Below are positions 20,040 through 29,015 of a stretch of DNA of 64,000 nucleotides, one piece after another. Position 1 is the first letter of the stretch. Each line of letters starts with the position of its first letter. Source of the stretch: an uncultured virus (IMG/VR IMGVR_UViG_3300025000_000094) (Duplodnaviria; Heunggongvirae; Uroviricota; Caudoviricetes); the IMG/VR virus record IMGVR_UViG_3300025000_000094; one strand, written 5' to 3'. The position numbers and the translations under genes are program-made. A model generated the notes under the pieces. That model did no database searches. It saw nothing but the letters and a program-made list of their open reading frames with translations, and was not told where the DNA came from.

Positions 20040-20068
20040 ATATTAGCACATTTACTTCTTTTTGTCAA
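20040..20068 (-). promoter_or_regulatory. Sigma70-type promoter
   Basis: TTGACA-17 bp-TAATAT with TG extension. Confidence 0.65.
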
Positions 20069-20167
20069 CACCTTTCTTTATTTCTTTTATTTTTTTGCGA
20101 AACCTTTCTTTCATTTCCTCGTCGAAGAGAGGGGTATTTATGGGCCTAAAAGAAGGAAGTTTTTTTA

Positions 20168-21790
20168 TCACGTAATTTTCCTCACACCGTATTTATCACC
20201 TTGAAAATTAGGGTTAAACACCATGCTACCGTTACCACGCATGTAAATATCTTTAAACGATTTCTCGCTAGGGTCTAGGTCTTGTGTGTACTTAGAAGCA
20301 ATAAACCAAGCTATTGCAAAGCCCATCACCCTGTCACTATAACAACCCTCTTGAGGCTCCATTGACTCGCCATCGTACACGAACGACCGCATTTCATCAA
20401 TTAGTGCACTTGAACGAATCTTGATTCTGAAATCCTTGATACCCTCAGAAAGCTTATGTATCATCAGAGGCTTTGTGCGTTTGGTTGTTTCCCAGCCGTA
20501 CAGTTGGTCTTTAGACTTGTAGGAGTAGTCTGACTTCTCACGCTTCCAAAGGTTAGAATACCCAAGCCCTATAAGTTTCTGCATGGTAACAGCGCCAACA
20601 CCGGGCCAAGACTCAGGTATAAGCAGGGCATTGTTATAATACCTTCCAAGTGTGGCTAAAGTATCACCGAACTCGTCAGGGGCAATATGACCGTGGTATT
20701 CACCTACCTGTTCCATTTCGTTGATGTCTATAATCTCAGCAGTAGAGAAGCAACCGTTTTTAATACCCTCAGCCACATCAGCGCCTATTACGTAGGTATG
20801 GTTCTGTGTAGGCATTTTCCAGATACGAAGGTTGCCATTGTCCACAGGCTTAAATCTAACCTCCTCACCAGCATCGATGAGCAATCCACGCCACCCCGGT
20901 TGCTTACAGAACTTTTCATGTTCCATAAGTGATATCCAGTCAAACACCATAGCAGAGGAAGATATGAAAGCTTCTTCAGCAGTAACAGGGTATTCCTGTG
21001 GGAAGAGTTCAACCTGTGACATATCCCTACGTTTCTTCCTTCGCCAAGCTATCTGCTCCATGTCGCAGTTGAATATGTCAACAAGGTCTTTTTCTTCCTT
21101 GCTTAAATCGTTAAACCCCTGTACGCCTTTGATACGGTAGGTATCGTCCAGCACCCAAGGTATAAATATGGCTTTATAGCGGGAGTTATTTTGTACTGCT
21201 TTCTTCCAAAGCTGGTGAGCGAAGTTAATACCGTTTGCGGTAGTCTCTATCACACCCTCTGCATCGTCCATCAGGGCTTCTTCTACGGCAGTCAGGACTT
21301 CTGGGTCGTCCCAGTGGGCAAACTCCGAAAGATGGTAGTCTGTTATGTCCGAACCCCGACCGAACTTCTTGCTGCCAGCTGTCCCGATGTAGAAAGTCGA
21401 ACCCGTGTCCAGGAACTCTATCATCCCTTCCGATTCCTTTATCTTCACGTTCATCGGCCATAAACAGTTCTTAACCATTGGCATAACACGCTCACGGAAC
21501 ATCTTAACAGTAGCGTCATCGTTCTGAGTTAACATGATGGCGCGCTTGTTCTCTTGGAAGTTACACTTGTGTATAAACCGTGCTATGTTAAAGGTAGACA
21601 TTCCTCCCTTGCGTGACTTTATGATGTAGTCAAACTTGGAGTGGTTCTCCCAGTAATACTTCTGAATTTTGTTTAGTTTAAACCTGACAAGCTTATTGGT
21701 AGACTTGTCTATAATTTGGTAAGCTTTCTCAGCAAAAAAGATTAAATCTTCCTTGCACCTTCGCAGGATTTCTTCTTTGGTGATTTCCAT
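20168..21790 (-). CDS. terL: Terminase large subunit
   Basis: IIKSRKGGMST Walker A, HLSEFAHW Walker B, IETTANG, IGADVAEG nuclease motif, DRVMGFAI. Confidence 0.92.
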   Translation of the reverse strand: MEITKEEILRRCKEDLIFFAEKAYQIIDKSTNKLVRFKLNKIQKYYWENHSKFDYIIKSRKGGMSTFNIARFIHKCNFQENKRAIMLTQNDDATVKMFRERVMPMVKNCLWPMNVKIKESEGMIEFLDTGSTFYIGTAGSKKFGRGSDITDYHLSEFAHWDDPEVLTAVEEALMDDAEGVIETTANGINFAHQLWKKAVQNNSRYKAIFIPWVLDDTYRIKGVQGFNDLSKEEKDLVDIFNCDMEQIAWRRKKRRDMSQVELFPQEYPVTAEEAFISSSAMVFDWISLMEHEKFCKQPGWRGLLIDAGEEVRFKPVDNGNLRIWKMPTQNHTYVIGADVAEGIKNGCFSTAEIIDINEMEQVGEYHGHIAPDEFGDTLATLGRYYNNALLIPESWPGVGAVTMQKLIGLGYSNLWKREKSDYSYKSKDQLYGWETTKRTKPLMIHKLSEGIKDFRIKIRSSALIDEMRSFVYDGESMEPQEGCYSDRVMGFAIAWFIASKYTQDLDPSEKSFKDIYMRGNGSMVFNPNFQGDKYGVRKIT

Positions 21791-21795
21791 GAGTG

Positions 21796-22065
21796 TTATG
21801 CTACTTCAGATTCAAGTTGACCGCGGTAAGCGTTTAGGATTGCCACTTCCATCTTCTTGCGGCATTCCTGATTGATAGGATGGCAGACATCATTATACTT
21901 TCCATCTTTGGATTTCATACTCGGCATACACACAACAAAGCCTTCTGGCTTGGATATGATACGGATTTTGCGGATACAGAACGCTTCGTCTATTACTATG
22001 GAACAGTAAGCCGCAACAGGGGGTTCTTCCTTGACGACTTTTATATTTATACTAGTGATATCCAT
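21796..22065 (-). CDS. spoVG: SpoVG family nucleic-acid-binding protein
   Basis: MDITSINI...AYCSIVIDEAFCIRKIRII...FVVCMPS...YNDVCHPINQECR; start refined to 22065. Confidence 0.85.
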   Translation of the reverse strand: MDITSINIKVVKEEPPVAAYCSIVIDEAFCIRKIRIISKPEGFVVCMPSMKSKDGKYNDVCHPINQECRKKMEVAILNAYRGQLESEVA

Positions 22066-22639
22066 GTTGTTTGTGTTCCTTTTTATGACAATCCACACAA
22101 AGAGTTTCTCCATTATTTATTTCCCACAAAGGGGAATACTTCATTGCGGACTCATATATATTATCTTTCCCAAATATTTCTTTTAAATTGTCTATAAGTT
22201 TTTTAAATCTTATTAAATGATGTGCATTAAGTTTTGGTTTAACCTTCCCACATTTTGCACACCTAAAACCGTCTCTTTGAAATACACTAATAATCCAGTC
22301 TTTATACTTTCTTGAATTTTTTATTAGTTTTATTTCATCAGTAATACCGCCTTTCCAATTAGTACTACCAGACCCAGACCTTTCTTTTTTATATGTTTCG
22401 CCCATGCATTTTCTTGAACAGTGTTTGCCAAAACCCCTATAAACCACATCTTTTCTAACAGAAAATTCTTTATTGCACACACAACACTTTGTTTTAACTA
22501 AAGAAATACATCCTGGTTTATACTCTTTTTTGCATTTTGTAGAACAAAAGTTATGCTTATTGTTTATTTTTTGGAATAAAGATGTTTTAAATTCTTTGCC
22601 ACAATAAAAACATACAACAGAAACTATTTTCTTTCGCAT
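22052..22639 (-). CDS. HNH endonuclease with N-terminal Cys repeats
   Basis: CFYCGKEF...FCSTKC repeats, NWKGG, VFQRDGFRCAKCG...AHH...NGETLCVDCH; start refined to MRKK. Confidence 0.85.
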   Translation of the reverse strand: MRKKIVSVVCFYCGKEFKTSLFQKINNKHNFCSTKCKKEYKPGCISLVKTKCCVCNKEFSVRKDVVYRGFGKHCSRKCMGETYKKERSGSGSTNWKGGITDEIKLIKNSRKYKDWIISVFQRDGFRCAKCGKVKPKLNAHHLIRFKKLIDNLKEIFGKDNIYESAMKYSPLWEINNGETLCVDCHKKEHKQHGYH

Positions 22640-22673
22640 AAAGTATTCACGCTGGTTATTTCCATGATGTCCT

Positions 22674-23165
22674 TTACTTCTTCCTACGTTTACCACCTTG
22701 GTCTTCAATCTTTTTACCTATCTGTTTACCACGGGAAGTGAAACCACGCTCAGTAGTTCCGAATGAGTCTGTTACATGTCCTTGCTTTTCTACCATTGAG
22801 TTATATACGTCTTTTGCTCTAAGGTTTTCAGTCTTTTTAATAATATCTTTGTTTTCTTTGTTTATAAACTTTTCAGACTTTTTAGGAAGAATAGATTTAA
22901 CTTTATTAAGACCTTTAGATTTTGCAATAGCGTCTATTTCATTCTTCTCTTTAACGTAAGACCTCATAGATTTTACTTTGTCAAATGCTTTAGAGCCTAC
23001 GTCTTTAAGTTTGCTAACAGCTCCGGTGCCACCTAGTTTATCAGCCGCCATCATACCAGAACCAGCACCGATAGCCATGTCTACGGCTTTCATTACTTCA
23101 GGATTCTTGGTAAACTTTTTATAATCAGCTTTCACTCTATCAAATTTTGATTCTTTTTTAGACAT
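22674..23165 (-). CDS. Hypothetical basic protein
   Basis: Coupled to the upstream ORF. Confidence 0.55.
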   Translation of the reverse strand: MSKKESKFDRVKADYKKFTKNPEVMKAVDMAIGAGSGMMAADKLGGTGAVSKLKDVGSKAFDKVKSMRSYVKEKNEIDAIAKSKGLNKVKSILPKKSEKFINKENKDIIKKTENLRAKDVYNSMVEKQGHVTDSFGTTERGFTSRGKQIGKKIEDQGGKRRKK

Positions 23166-23605
23166 TAGATTTCTCCGTCAGCTTTCATAGATTTAAGGAT
23201 GTTGTCTATTCCTATATTGACATTAACTTTACCATCGTCTTTCCCTTCTTCCTCAACAGACTTCATCCAGATGTTCATTCTGCCAGCGTCGCCTTCAAGC
23301 ATAAGCTTCTCATAGAACTTTCCAAGGACTCCAGGAGTAAGCCTCTTAGCCCAAGCCTTCCAGTTCTGTTTAATCCTAGACTGCATTTCAGGACATCTCT
23401 CCCAATCATGGAGCATGTCTTTAGTAATACAAAACTTCTCACCAAAGTCTTTCCTATACCTGAGTTGTACAAGTTCAATCAGGTCAGGACTAAAGCCTTT
23501 TTCTTCAAGCTGTTCTATAGTAAACTTTGAAAAATGCCTAGGAAGGGAAAGCCATTCTCCGAACTTATCAAAAGCTGCAAATAGCTTTGGGTCGTTGATT
23601 TCCAT
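23165..23605 (-). CDS. Terminase small subunit, putative
   Basis: 146 aa, HTH-like (FGEKFCITKDMLHDW), VNVNI tail; first gene of the operon leading to terL. Confidence 0.55.
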   Translation of the reverse strand: MEINDPKLFAAFDKFGEWLSLPRHFSKFTIEQLEEKGFSPDLIELVQLRYRKDFGEKFCITKDMLHDWERCPEMQSRIKQNWKAWAKRLTPGVLGKFYEKLMLEGDAGRMNIWMKSVEEEGKDDGKVNVNIGIDNILKSMKADGEI

Positions 23606-23612
23606 ATCACGA

Positions 23613-23641
23613 ATTATACTATATTATATACTCGTTGTCAA
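23613..23641 (-). promoter_or_regulatory. Consensus sigma70 promoter
   Basis: TTGACA-17 bp-TATAAT; ATG only 7 nt downstream. Confidence 0.8.
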
Positions 23642-24189
23642 TGTTGTTTATTGGTTTCAGGAAGGTCATTATATATGTTCATCAGTACGGTTGTAACCTG
23701 ACTTATCAAATCGTAGTTAAACCGAACACCCTTATACGTAAACCCTTCGTAAGAGTGCATCTGGTCTCTAACCCACTCTCTGATGTCTACACATACAGAA
23801 CCATTTGCTTTCGTGAGTGATACACATATGTCAATATTTGGATATTTGTTAATGCTGAAAAGCTTTTTGTTGCCAGTATCAGGAACATCAGAATCAGGTA
23901 CTTCAGGTAGGGATGTTAGGAAGTTAATAACCTCAAGTAAGAACCTATTTGAAATCGTAATACCTTTTTTGGAACTGTAATACTTGTTCTTGTCCACTGA
24001 ATAGGAACTGGCCCTCAAGTCAGTGTACATTCCCATCTTGCCATCAGACTTACGGAACTTAACCAGAGCAATAGCTATATTAGCCGTAGGGCCATTGCGT
24101 ATAGTGCCGTAGATTTTTGGGAAATAATTGGTTATGTACTCTCTATCTCTGTGCTCATGGAAGGCAGAATCAGGCTTATGTGGTATCAT
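23638..24189 (-). CDS. Tandem PC4/p15-like ssDNA-binding protein
   Basis: Two PC4-like units: YTDLR...KKGITI and VDIREW...KGVRF. Confidence 0.65.
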   Translation of the reverse strand: MIPHKPDSAFHEHRDREYITNYFPKIYGTIRNGPTANIAIALVKFRKSDGKMGMYTDLRASSYSVDKNKYYSSKKGITISNRFLLEVINFLTSLPEVPDSDVPDTGNKKLFSINKYPNIDICVSLTKANGSVCVDIREWVRDQMHSYEGFTYKGVRFNYDLISQVTTVLMNIYNDLPETNKQH

Positions 24190-24359
24190 GGTGACTCCTT
24201 AAAATTGACCCCCACATTTGAGCATAAACTATGTAGCTTAGAGGCTTAGGGGGTACTTAAAACGTCTAAAACGTGCTCTCAGGTCACGGTATCCCTAGAG
24301 CGTATCCAGCATTCCGACCATAACCACCAATTAGTGATGGGTAACTGGATTACACTATT

Positions 24360-24388
24360 AATATAGCAGATTCACAAATCATTGTCAA
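24360..24388 (-). promoter_or_regulatory. Sigma70-type promoter
   Basis: TTGACA-17 bp-TATATT with TG extension. Confidence 0.65.
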
Positions 24389-24696
24389 GTCCAAATTTGC
24401 ATTTTTGGGTGGTACTAGGAGGGGCCTAGGTATCATATCCCTGAGAGTCCAGATTCTAATTTCCTCCCCAGACCTGACATACCAAGGTACTTAACTTAGT
24501 GGCTTTTAAAACGCACACGCACTGACGAGATATAGGTACTTCACCTTATCTAATAAAGAATTGGAGGGTGGGTAGTCACATCAGAGCCATTATATATCTT
24601 TACATACGCGTTCGCATAGACTACATATAATAACCTATATATATCTGATACAGTTAATAGCGTCTTAATTATATATATAACTAATCCCGCCCCGTA

Positions 24697-24738
24697 TTGT
24701 TAATAACTTGTTAATAACCCGTTTATATTGTTAATAAC
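24697..24738. repeat. Three copies of TTGTTAATAAC
   Basis: Exact copies at 24697, 24708 and 24728 in an AT-rich non-coding region. Confidence 0.85.
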
Positions 24739-24915
24739 TCTATACTCATATTGCCTAATAATATATATATATAATATAGTCATCTATATGTTAAGTATAT
24801 CATATGGTAAATAGTATACACTCTTATTATATAGTCAACCAATCTAATGGATATCACAATAAGTCTTTAGAACTATTGTGTTATAACTATGTTTATCTAT
24901 TCAATGCCAGACGTA

Positions 24916-24953
24916 AAAGTTAGCCTTGCCTAACAAAGTTAGCCTTGCCTAAC
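24916..24953. repeat. Perfect 19-bp tandem duplication AAAGTTAGCCTTGCCTAAC
   Basis: Read directly. Confidence 0.9.
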
Positions 24954-25157
24954 ATTTTGCCATTTTTCCCATACTTACCGCTAGGTAGGTTTCACCGTTA
25001 CAAACCACAAAAGTAAATCTTGAGCAAAACTTGAGCGAAAGCTTAGGCCCTTGTAAATGCTATAGCCTTCCGCCGTTAAATTGCAACACTATAGCAAAAA
25101 GCAAGTAGCAAACATGTAAAAACCCCTTGTATTTCATCGTTACAAAAAACAAAACGC

Positions 25158-25187
25158 TTTACACAAAAACACGGCATTTGCTACACT
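25158..25187 (+). promoter_or_regulatory. Candidate early promoter
   Basis: TTTACA-18 bp-TACACT with TG extension upstream of the first rightward gene. Confidence 0.5.
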
Positions 25188-25312
25188 TAAAACATGGCAA
25201 AACACAACGGCGGCAACGGCAACACGGCCCACTTTAAACGCCATTATATATAATATATAGCAGATAAAAATAAGACAATTTAGTTAAATCAGATAGTCAT
25301 GGAGAAAATAAC

Positions 25313-25891
25313 ATGGAAAACGTGTCTAAAGTAGCGACAGTCGGAATGAGCGTGAAAAGCGCTGAGGAAATAGCGAAACAGAAGGAAATGGCTAAGACGG
25401 CATATAGCCTACTCGGAATGGAAATGCCCGAAAAGGCCGAAAAGGTGCGGAAAACGTCCACCGGGAGACGGTACAAGCTCGGATACCGTGACCTTGTTGA
25501 CAACGGCAAGAAGATAAACATAAGCGAGTTAATGCCGTATGAAGCGGGGGAACAGGGCATAGACTGCGAGAGCTTGTGTCGGACTGCGCGGGCCTATATA
25601 GCATATAAAATAGGCCATACTCTCAAAGAGTTAAATATTCAGGAAACGGGTCATACTAACTTTTATTTCAGGAACCGTATCACTGAAACAGATAAAAGCA
25701 TAGAAATAGAAGATATGAGCGCTTCTAACGCCTATGAGTTTATCTGGGCCTTTTACAAGGACTGTTTATCCGAAATTACGGATAAATGGGGCATACTTCA
25801 GACTGAAACGGGCGAAAAGGTTTTTTTAGCGGTCAAAAACGGGCACTATCACGTTGTGATGATAGCCGCTCCGGAAGCTAAACAAGCCTAA
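25313..25891 (+). CDS. Hypothetical early protein
   Basis: 192 aa, SD GGAG. Confidence 0.7.
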   Translation: MENVSKVATVGMSVKSAEEIAKQKEMAKTAYSLLGMEMPEKAEKVRKTSTGRRYKLGYRDLVDNGKKINISELMPYEAGEQGIDCESLCRTARAYIAYKIGHTLKELNIQETGHTNFYFRNRITETDKSIEIEDMSASNAYEFIWAFYKDCLSEITDKWGILQTETGEKVFLAVKNGHYHVVMIAAPEAKQA

Positions 25892-26152
25892 GACAAGCAC
25901 TAACGGCGGTCAGAAATGGCCGCCTGTTAGTCATATATATATAAGCATTGATAAACGCTTTTGTATATATGAGTAACAAATAATAAATCAGTATTTCGCA
26001 AGTATCATTCCTTAAAGCGGCGGCCTAGTGGCTTAGTTAGATTGATTATGCCAAATTACATGATTGTTAAGCAAATTTCAGCAGGATTGATTATATCTTT
26101 CATAGTGTCGTATGCTTACATAGTTTGCAACCTTTACTTATAGGATTAAACA

Positions 26153-26341
26153 ATGATTAAATCGATTAAAGTCCTTTACAATACGTACGGATTGACCAAA
26201 GAGGGAGAAGTGATTGTCTCCTTCATTAAGACTGATTTGTTCCAAAAATTGGGCGAATTAGGATGGCTATTCAATTCCATGGAGCTTATGGCTGAAACTC
26301 CTGAGTTTAGCACTTGGGAGATTGAGTTCACTGAGGATTAA
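26153..26341 (+). CDS. Hypothetical protein
   Basis: 62 aa, SD AGGA. Confidence 0.55.
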   Translation: MIKSIKVLYNTYGLTKEGEVIVSFIKTDLFQKLGELGWLFNSMELMAETPEFSTWEIEFTED

Positions 26342-26343
26342 CC

Positions 26344-26622
26344 ATGCAAATAAACATCGGAGACACTATCATCTGCTTTGAAAAGATCGACCCAGAAAAC
26401 TGTTGGACAGGAGTAGTTACTGAATTGCATGGAGAGCGTGGGATATTCAGAAAGGAACAAGGTCGCGATGGACACTGGTTCGGAGGGTTTAGGTCTTCTG
26501 ATATACTAGACATTGTTCACCGTTGGACTAACTGGAATTTCATTAAGCTAGATGATACAGGCAATACTCACAAACTTGAGCGCCTTGCTCCACAGATTAA
26601 CAAAAGAGTAATACGAGATTAA
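26344..26622 (+). CDS. RVIRD-tag family protein 1
   Basis: Starts MQINIGDTI; ends INKRVIRD*. Confidence 0.8.
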   Translation: MQINIGDTIICFEKIDPENCWTGVVTELHGERGIFRKEQGRDGHWFGGFRSSDILDIVHRWTNWNFIKLDDTGNTHKLERLAPQINKRVIRD

Positions 26623-26714
26623 GGAGGCTTATAGATTAAAACATAGTTTACCTAAAATTAGCACTCCGTAGACCTTCAATTAGCAGTTGAAGAATTAAGA
26701 CCGGTTAGGCAGAA

Positions 26715-26969
26715 ATGTCTAGCCGGTTTTATAAACTAAACAAATTTATGCCCATATCAGAATATATAGAAATAACTTGTAGATACTTAAACGAACAGAG
26801 AAGGACTTGCACGTTTCCGAATGGAGTAGGGTTTATAGTGTGTCCTCATCCTAGGTACAGAAGATACGATTGTTCTCGTCCCATTGGAACTAGCGGCTGT
26901 TGGGCATATGATAGCAATGGCAAATAAGTCGTAATTCCAAAAATAATTAAAAGGGTAGTAAGAGACTAA
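26715..26969 (+). pseudogene. RVIRD-tag family protein 2, tag separated by an in-frame TAA
   Basis: ...DSNGK TAA(26925-27) VVIPKIIKRVVRD TAA(26967-69), same frame. Confidence 0.65.
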
Positions 26970-26970
26970 T

Positions 26971-27180
26971 ATGATTAAAGTCGGCTCAATAGTTAAATAC
27001 ATAAACGTAGGCGGTTTATCTAAAGAAACCTACAAGATAGCCACGATTAAAGATGGCTATGTAACTCTTTGCAATGAATATAATAAGATTCATGCACCCA
27101 ACGCTGACCCAAATTATATAGGTAACATTAATTGGTTCAGAGATATTGGCCCTATAGAAAAGAGAGTGGTGAGAGACTAA
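26971..27180 (+). CDS. RVIRD-tag family protein 3
   Basis: Starts MIKVGSIV; ends IEKRVVRD*. Confidence 0.8.
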   Translation: MIKVGSIVKYINVGGLSKETYKIATIKDGYVTLCNEYNKIHAPNADPNYIGNINWFRDIGPIEKRVVRD

Positions 27181-27419
27181 TGAATACATATACCTGCGGA
27201 AACGCTGCTTGCGTAGGAGACTCTGTGCTAGTAATGAACTCTAGCCACCTACAAAGAGTAAGGCCAAGCTTTCTAATCGGACAAACCTTGGATGTCCTTA
27301 AGATTAACAGTAATGGCAATGTCTGTATAGATATCTCTGATGTCTTCTGGAACGCTAAAAGATTTAAGCTAGTATGCAGAAAGAAAGTACGCCCTGTTAT
27401 GAGGGTCGTTAAGGATTAA
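27180..27419 (+). CDS. RVIRD-tag family protein 4
   Basis: TAATG-coupled start MNTYTCG...VGDSV; ends VMRVVKD*. Confidence 0.75.
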   Translation: MNTYTCGNAACVGDSVLVMNSSHLQRVRPSFLIGQTLDVLKINSNGNVCIDISDVFWNAKRFKLVCRKKVRPVMRVVKD

Positions 27420-27420
27420 T

Positions 27421-27681
27421 ATGGAAATTAAAACCGGTGACAAAATAAGATTAGGCTCAGAAGTCGGCGTATACACTTGGCCTCTTCTTGTTATAAAACA
27501 AGACGAATACGGGTATTGCATGACTGAAGACGGGAACAATGTGTCTGGTCATGACGACAACATAGACGCTTTAATGTATGGTCATAAAAACTGGAAAGTT
27601 ATAGAAGTCAAAAGAGGCTCAGAATGGGTATCATTTAAGCCAACTTTGCCAAAGATTAAGAAGAGAGTAATCAGAGACTAA
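27421..27681 (+). CDS. RVIRD-tag family protein 5
   Basis: Starts MEIKTGDKI; ends IKKRVIRD*. Confidence 0.8.
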   Translation: MEIKTGDKIRLGSEVGVYTWPLLVIKQDEYGYCMTEDGNNVSGHDDNIDALMYGHKNWKVIEVKRGSEWVSFKPTLPKIKKRVIRD

Positions 27682-27690
27682 GGAGAAATC

Positions 27691-27930
27691 ATGGAAAGCG
27701 AGTTCAGCAAGGTAATGTATCAGTTGCAGGTAATCAGAGTTTCCGGTACGCCTACATTCTTAAAGCGCGTATCTGAGACTACCCTCACCACCGACACAAT
27801 CGGCGCTAGGCTGAGGACTGAAGCAAGGAAGAGCAACCCTAAAGTTATTAGGGAGTATTTTCCTTCTGACAAAAAGGGAACGATGTTAGTCAGATACAAG
27901 TGGAATACAGACTACGGGAGGGCAAAATGA
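27691..27930 (+). CDS. Hypothetical protein
   Basis: SD AAGGAG; no tag. Confidence 0.6.
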   Translation: MESEFSKVMYQLQVIRVSGTPTFLKRVSETTLTTDTIGARLRTEARKSNPKVIREYFPSDKKGTMLVRYKWNTDYGRAK

Positions 27931-28145
27931 AGGTTGGAGAATTAATCCGTATACTACAAACCCATGACCCGGTCTTAGATGTTGCGGTTCATGACGCTCA
28001 GGAAGAAAGCGTTAGCATGGCTTCCGGAGTTTTCACCGAAACAAAGGGAGAGGAAGATGAACATGTGTACGTCAAAGGCGACCATCCTTTCGACTATTGC
28101 AGAGACAAAGTTACAGATACAATATTAGTAATCACAGGAGGCTAA
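27927..28145 (+). CDS. Hypothetical protein (MKVGELIRILQ type)
   Basis: ATGA overlap with the upstream gene; common phage small-protein start. Confidence 0.6.
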   Translation: MKVGELIRILQTHDPVLDVAVHDAQEESVSMASGVFTETKGEEDEHVYVKGDHPFDYCRDKVTDTILVITGG

Positions 28146-28417
28146 ATGAACAAAGAACATCAGAAGCAGTTTAACTTCACGGTTAATCCGTGGCTTACGA
28201 TAGCCGTCTGGGCCAACCATAAGGCCGAGGCGCTTTCCAAGGCGTACAAGTTCGGCATTGCAGACCTGAAGGTAAAATAACAAGTCGGAGCCGGCCTAAT
28301 CCCATGACATTAGGTTCTGCATGTCAGACTGAAAGCGGCTCCGCACAATTCACATCCGATACGTTTAAAATCTATTATTAGATGGGCTTATGCCTCGTTA
28401 GAAGTCGGATACAATTT

Positions 28418-28708
28418 ATGATGAAAAACTTCCAAGATGGCGATAGAATTTACATAGGCCAAAAGATATATGGCAATGGCTCGTACCGTGGCACTTTAGG
28501 AAGCGGTAGAGAGTTGTTCGCTGATGGAGATGTTTACGTCGTCACAAAATGTTCACAGTCTACATTTGTTAATGACTCCATTTCTGTTAAATGTCTAAAT
28601 TTTCCATACCAAGATTCAGGTTGGTATAGGAAATGGTTTAAGTTTGACCCAGACAATATAGAAATCATGAAACCTGAACCAATGAAAAAGAGAGTAGTGA
28701 GGGATTAA
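28418..28708 (+). CDS. RVIRD-tag family protein 6
   Basis: Starts MMKNFQDGDRI (start refined); ends MKKRVVRD*. Confidence 0.75.
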   Translation: MMKNFQDGDRIYIGQKIYGNGSYRGTLGSGRELFADGDVYVVTKCSQSTFVNDSISVKCLNFPYQDSGWYRKWFKFDPDNIEIMKPEPMKKRVVRD

Positions 28709-28710
28709 TT

Positions 28711-28989
28711 ATGCCAGAAACAAAAATACTTCCTGAAGTCGGAGACCATTTACAGCTTTTCAATAACAAAGGAAAGCTAGAATACGACCTAACCATAAAG
28801 AAAGGTGCATCCGGGTACAAAGGCGATACCGGATGGGCTAATACTGCTTCCTATAAAACCATAGAAGAGTTATGCAACATCTCTTGGGCCGGGGTTAGGA
28901 TTAAGAAAATGGACGGGACACTATACTGGTGGAAAGAAGTTTTTGTTCCTGCTATGCCCAAGATACATAAACGGGTAATCAAAGATTAG
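28711..28989 (+). CDS. RVIRD-tag family protein 7
   Basis: PEVGDHL; ends IHKRVIKD*. Confidence 0.8.
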   Translation: MPETKILPEVGDHLQLFNNKGKLEYDLTIKKGASGYKGDTGWANTASYKTIEELCNISWAGVRIKKMDGTLYWWKEVFVPAMPKIHKRVIKD

Positions 28990-29015
28990 AAGTTAAAAGT
29001 CAAGGAGGATAGTAA

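Noticed and set aside
352..23980. Plus-strand ORFs over the phage A late operon (e.g. 12779-13384, 13477-14262, 15060-15734)
   Set aside because: They fully overlap confident minus-strand genes and look like antisense artefacts
26925..26927. Alternative genetic code (stop reassignment)
   Set aside because: TAA, TAG and TGA all end well-supported genes, long genes are intact under the standard code, and no suppressor tRNA is seen
27927..28145. C-terminal GG suggesting a ubiquitin-like protein
   Set aside because: GGA GGC is the SD of the next ORF, and the protein start matches a common unrelated phage family
26949..28710. RVIRD tag as a by-product of the next gene's Shine-Dalgarno sequence
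   Set aside because: Some copies overlap a possible SD, but others are followed by a separate GGAG or by non-coding DNA and still keep the full motif
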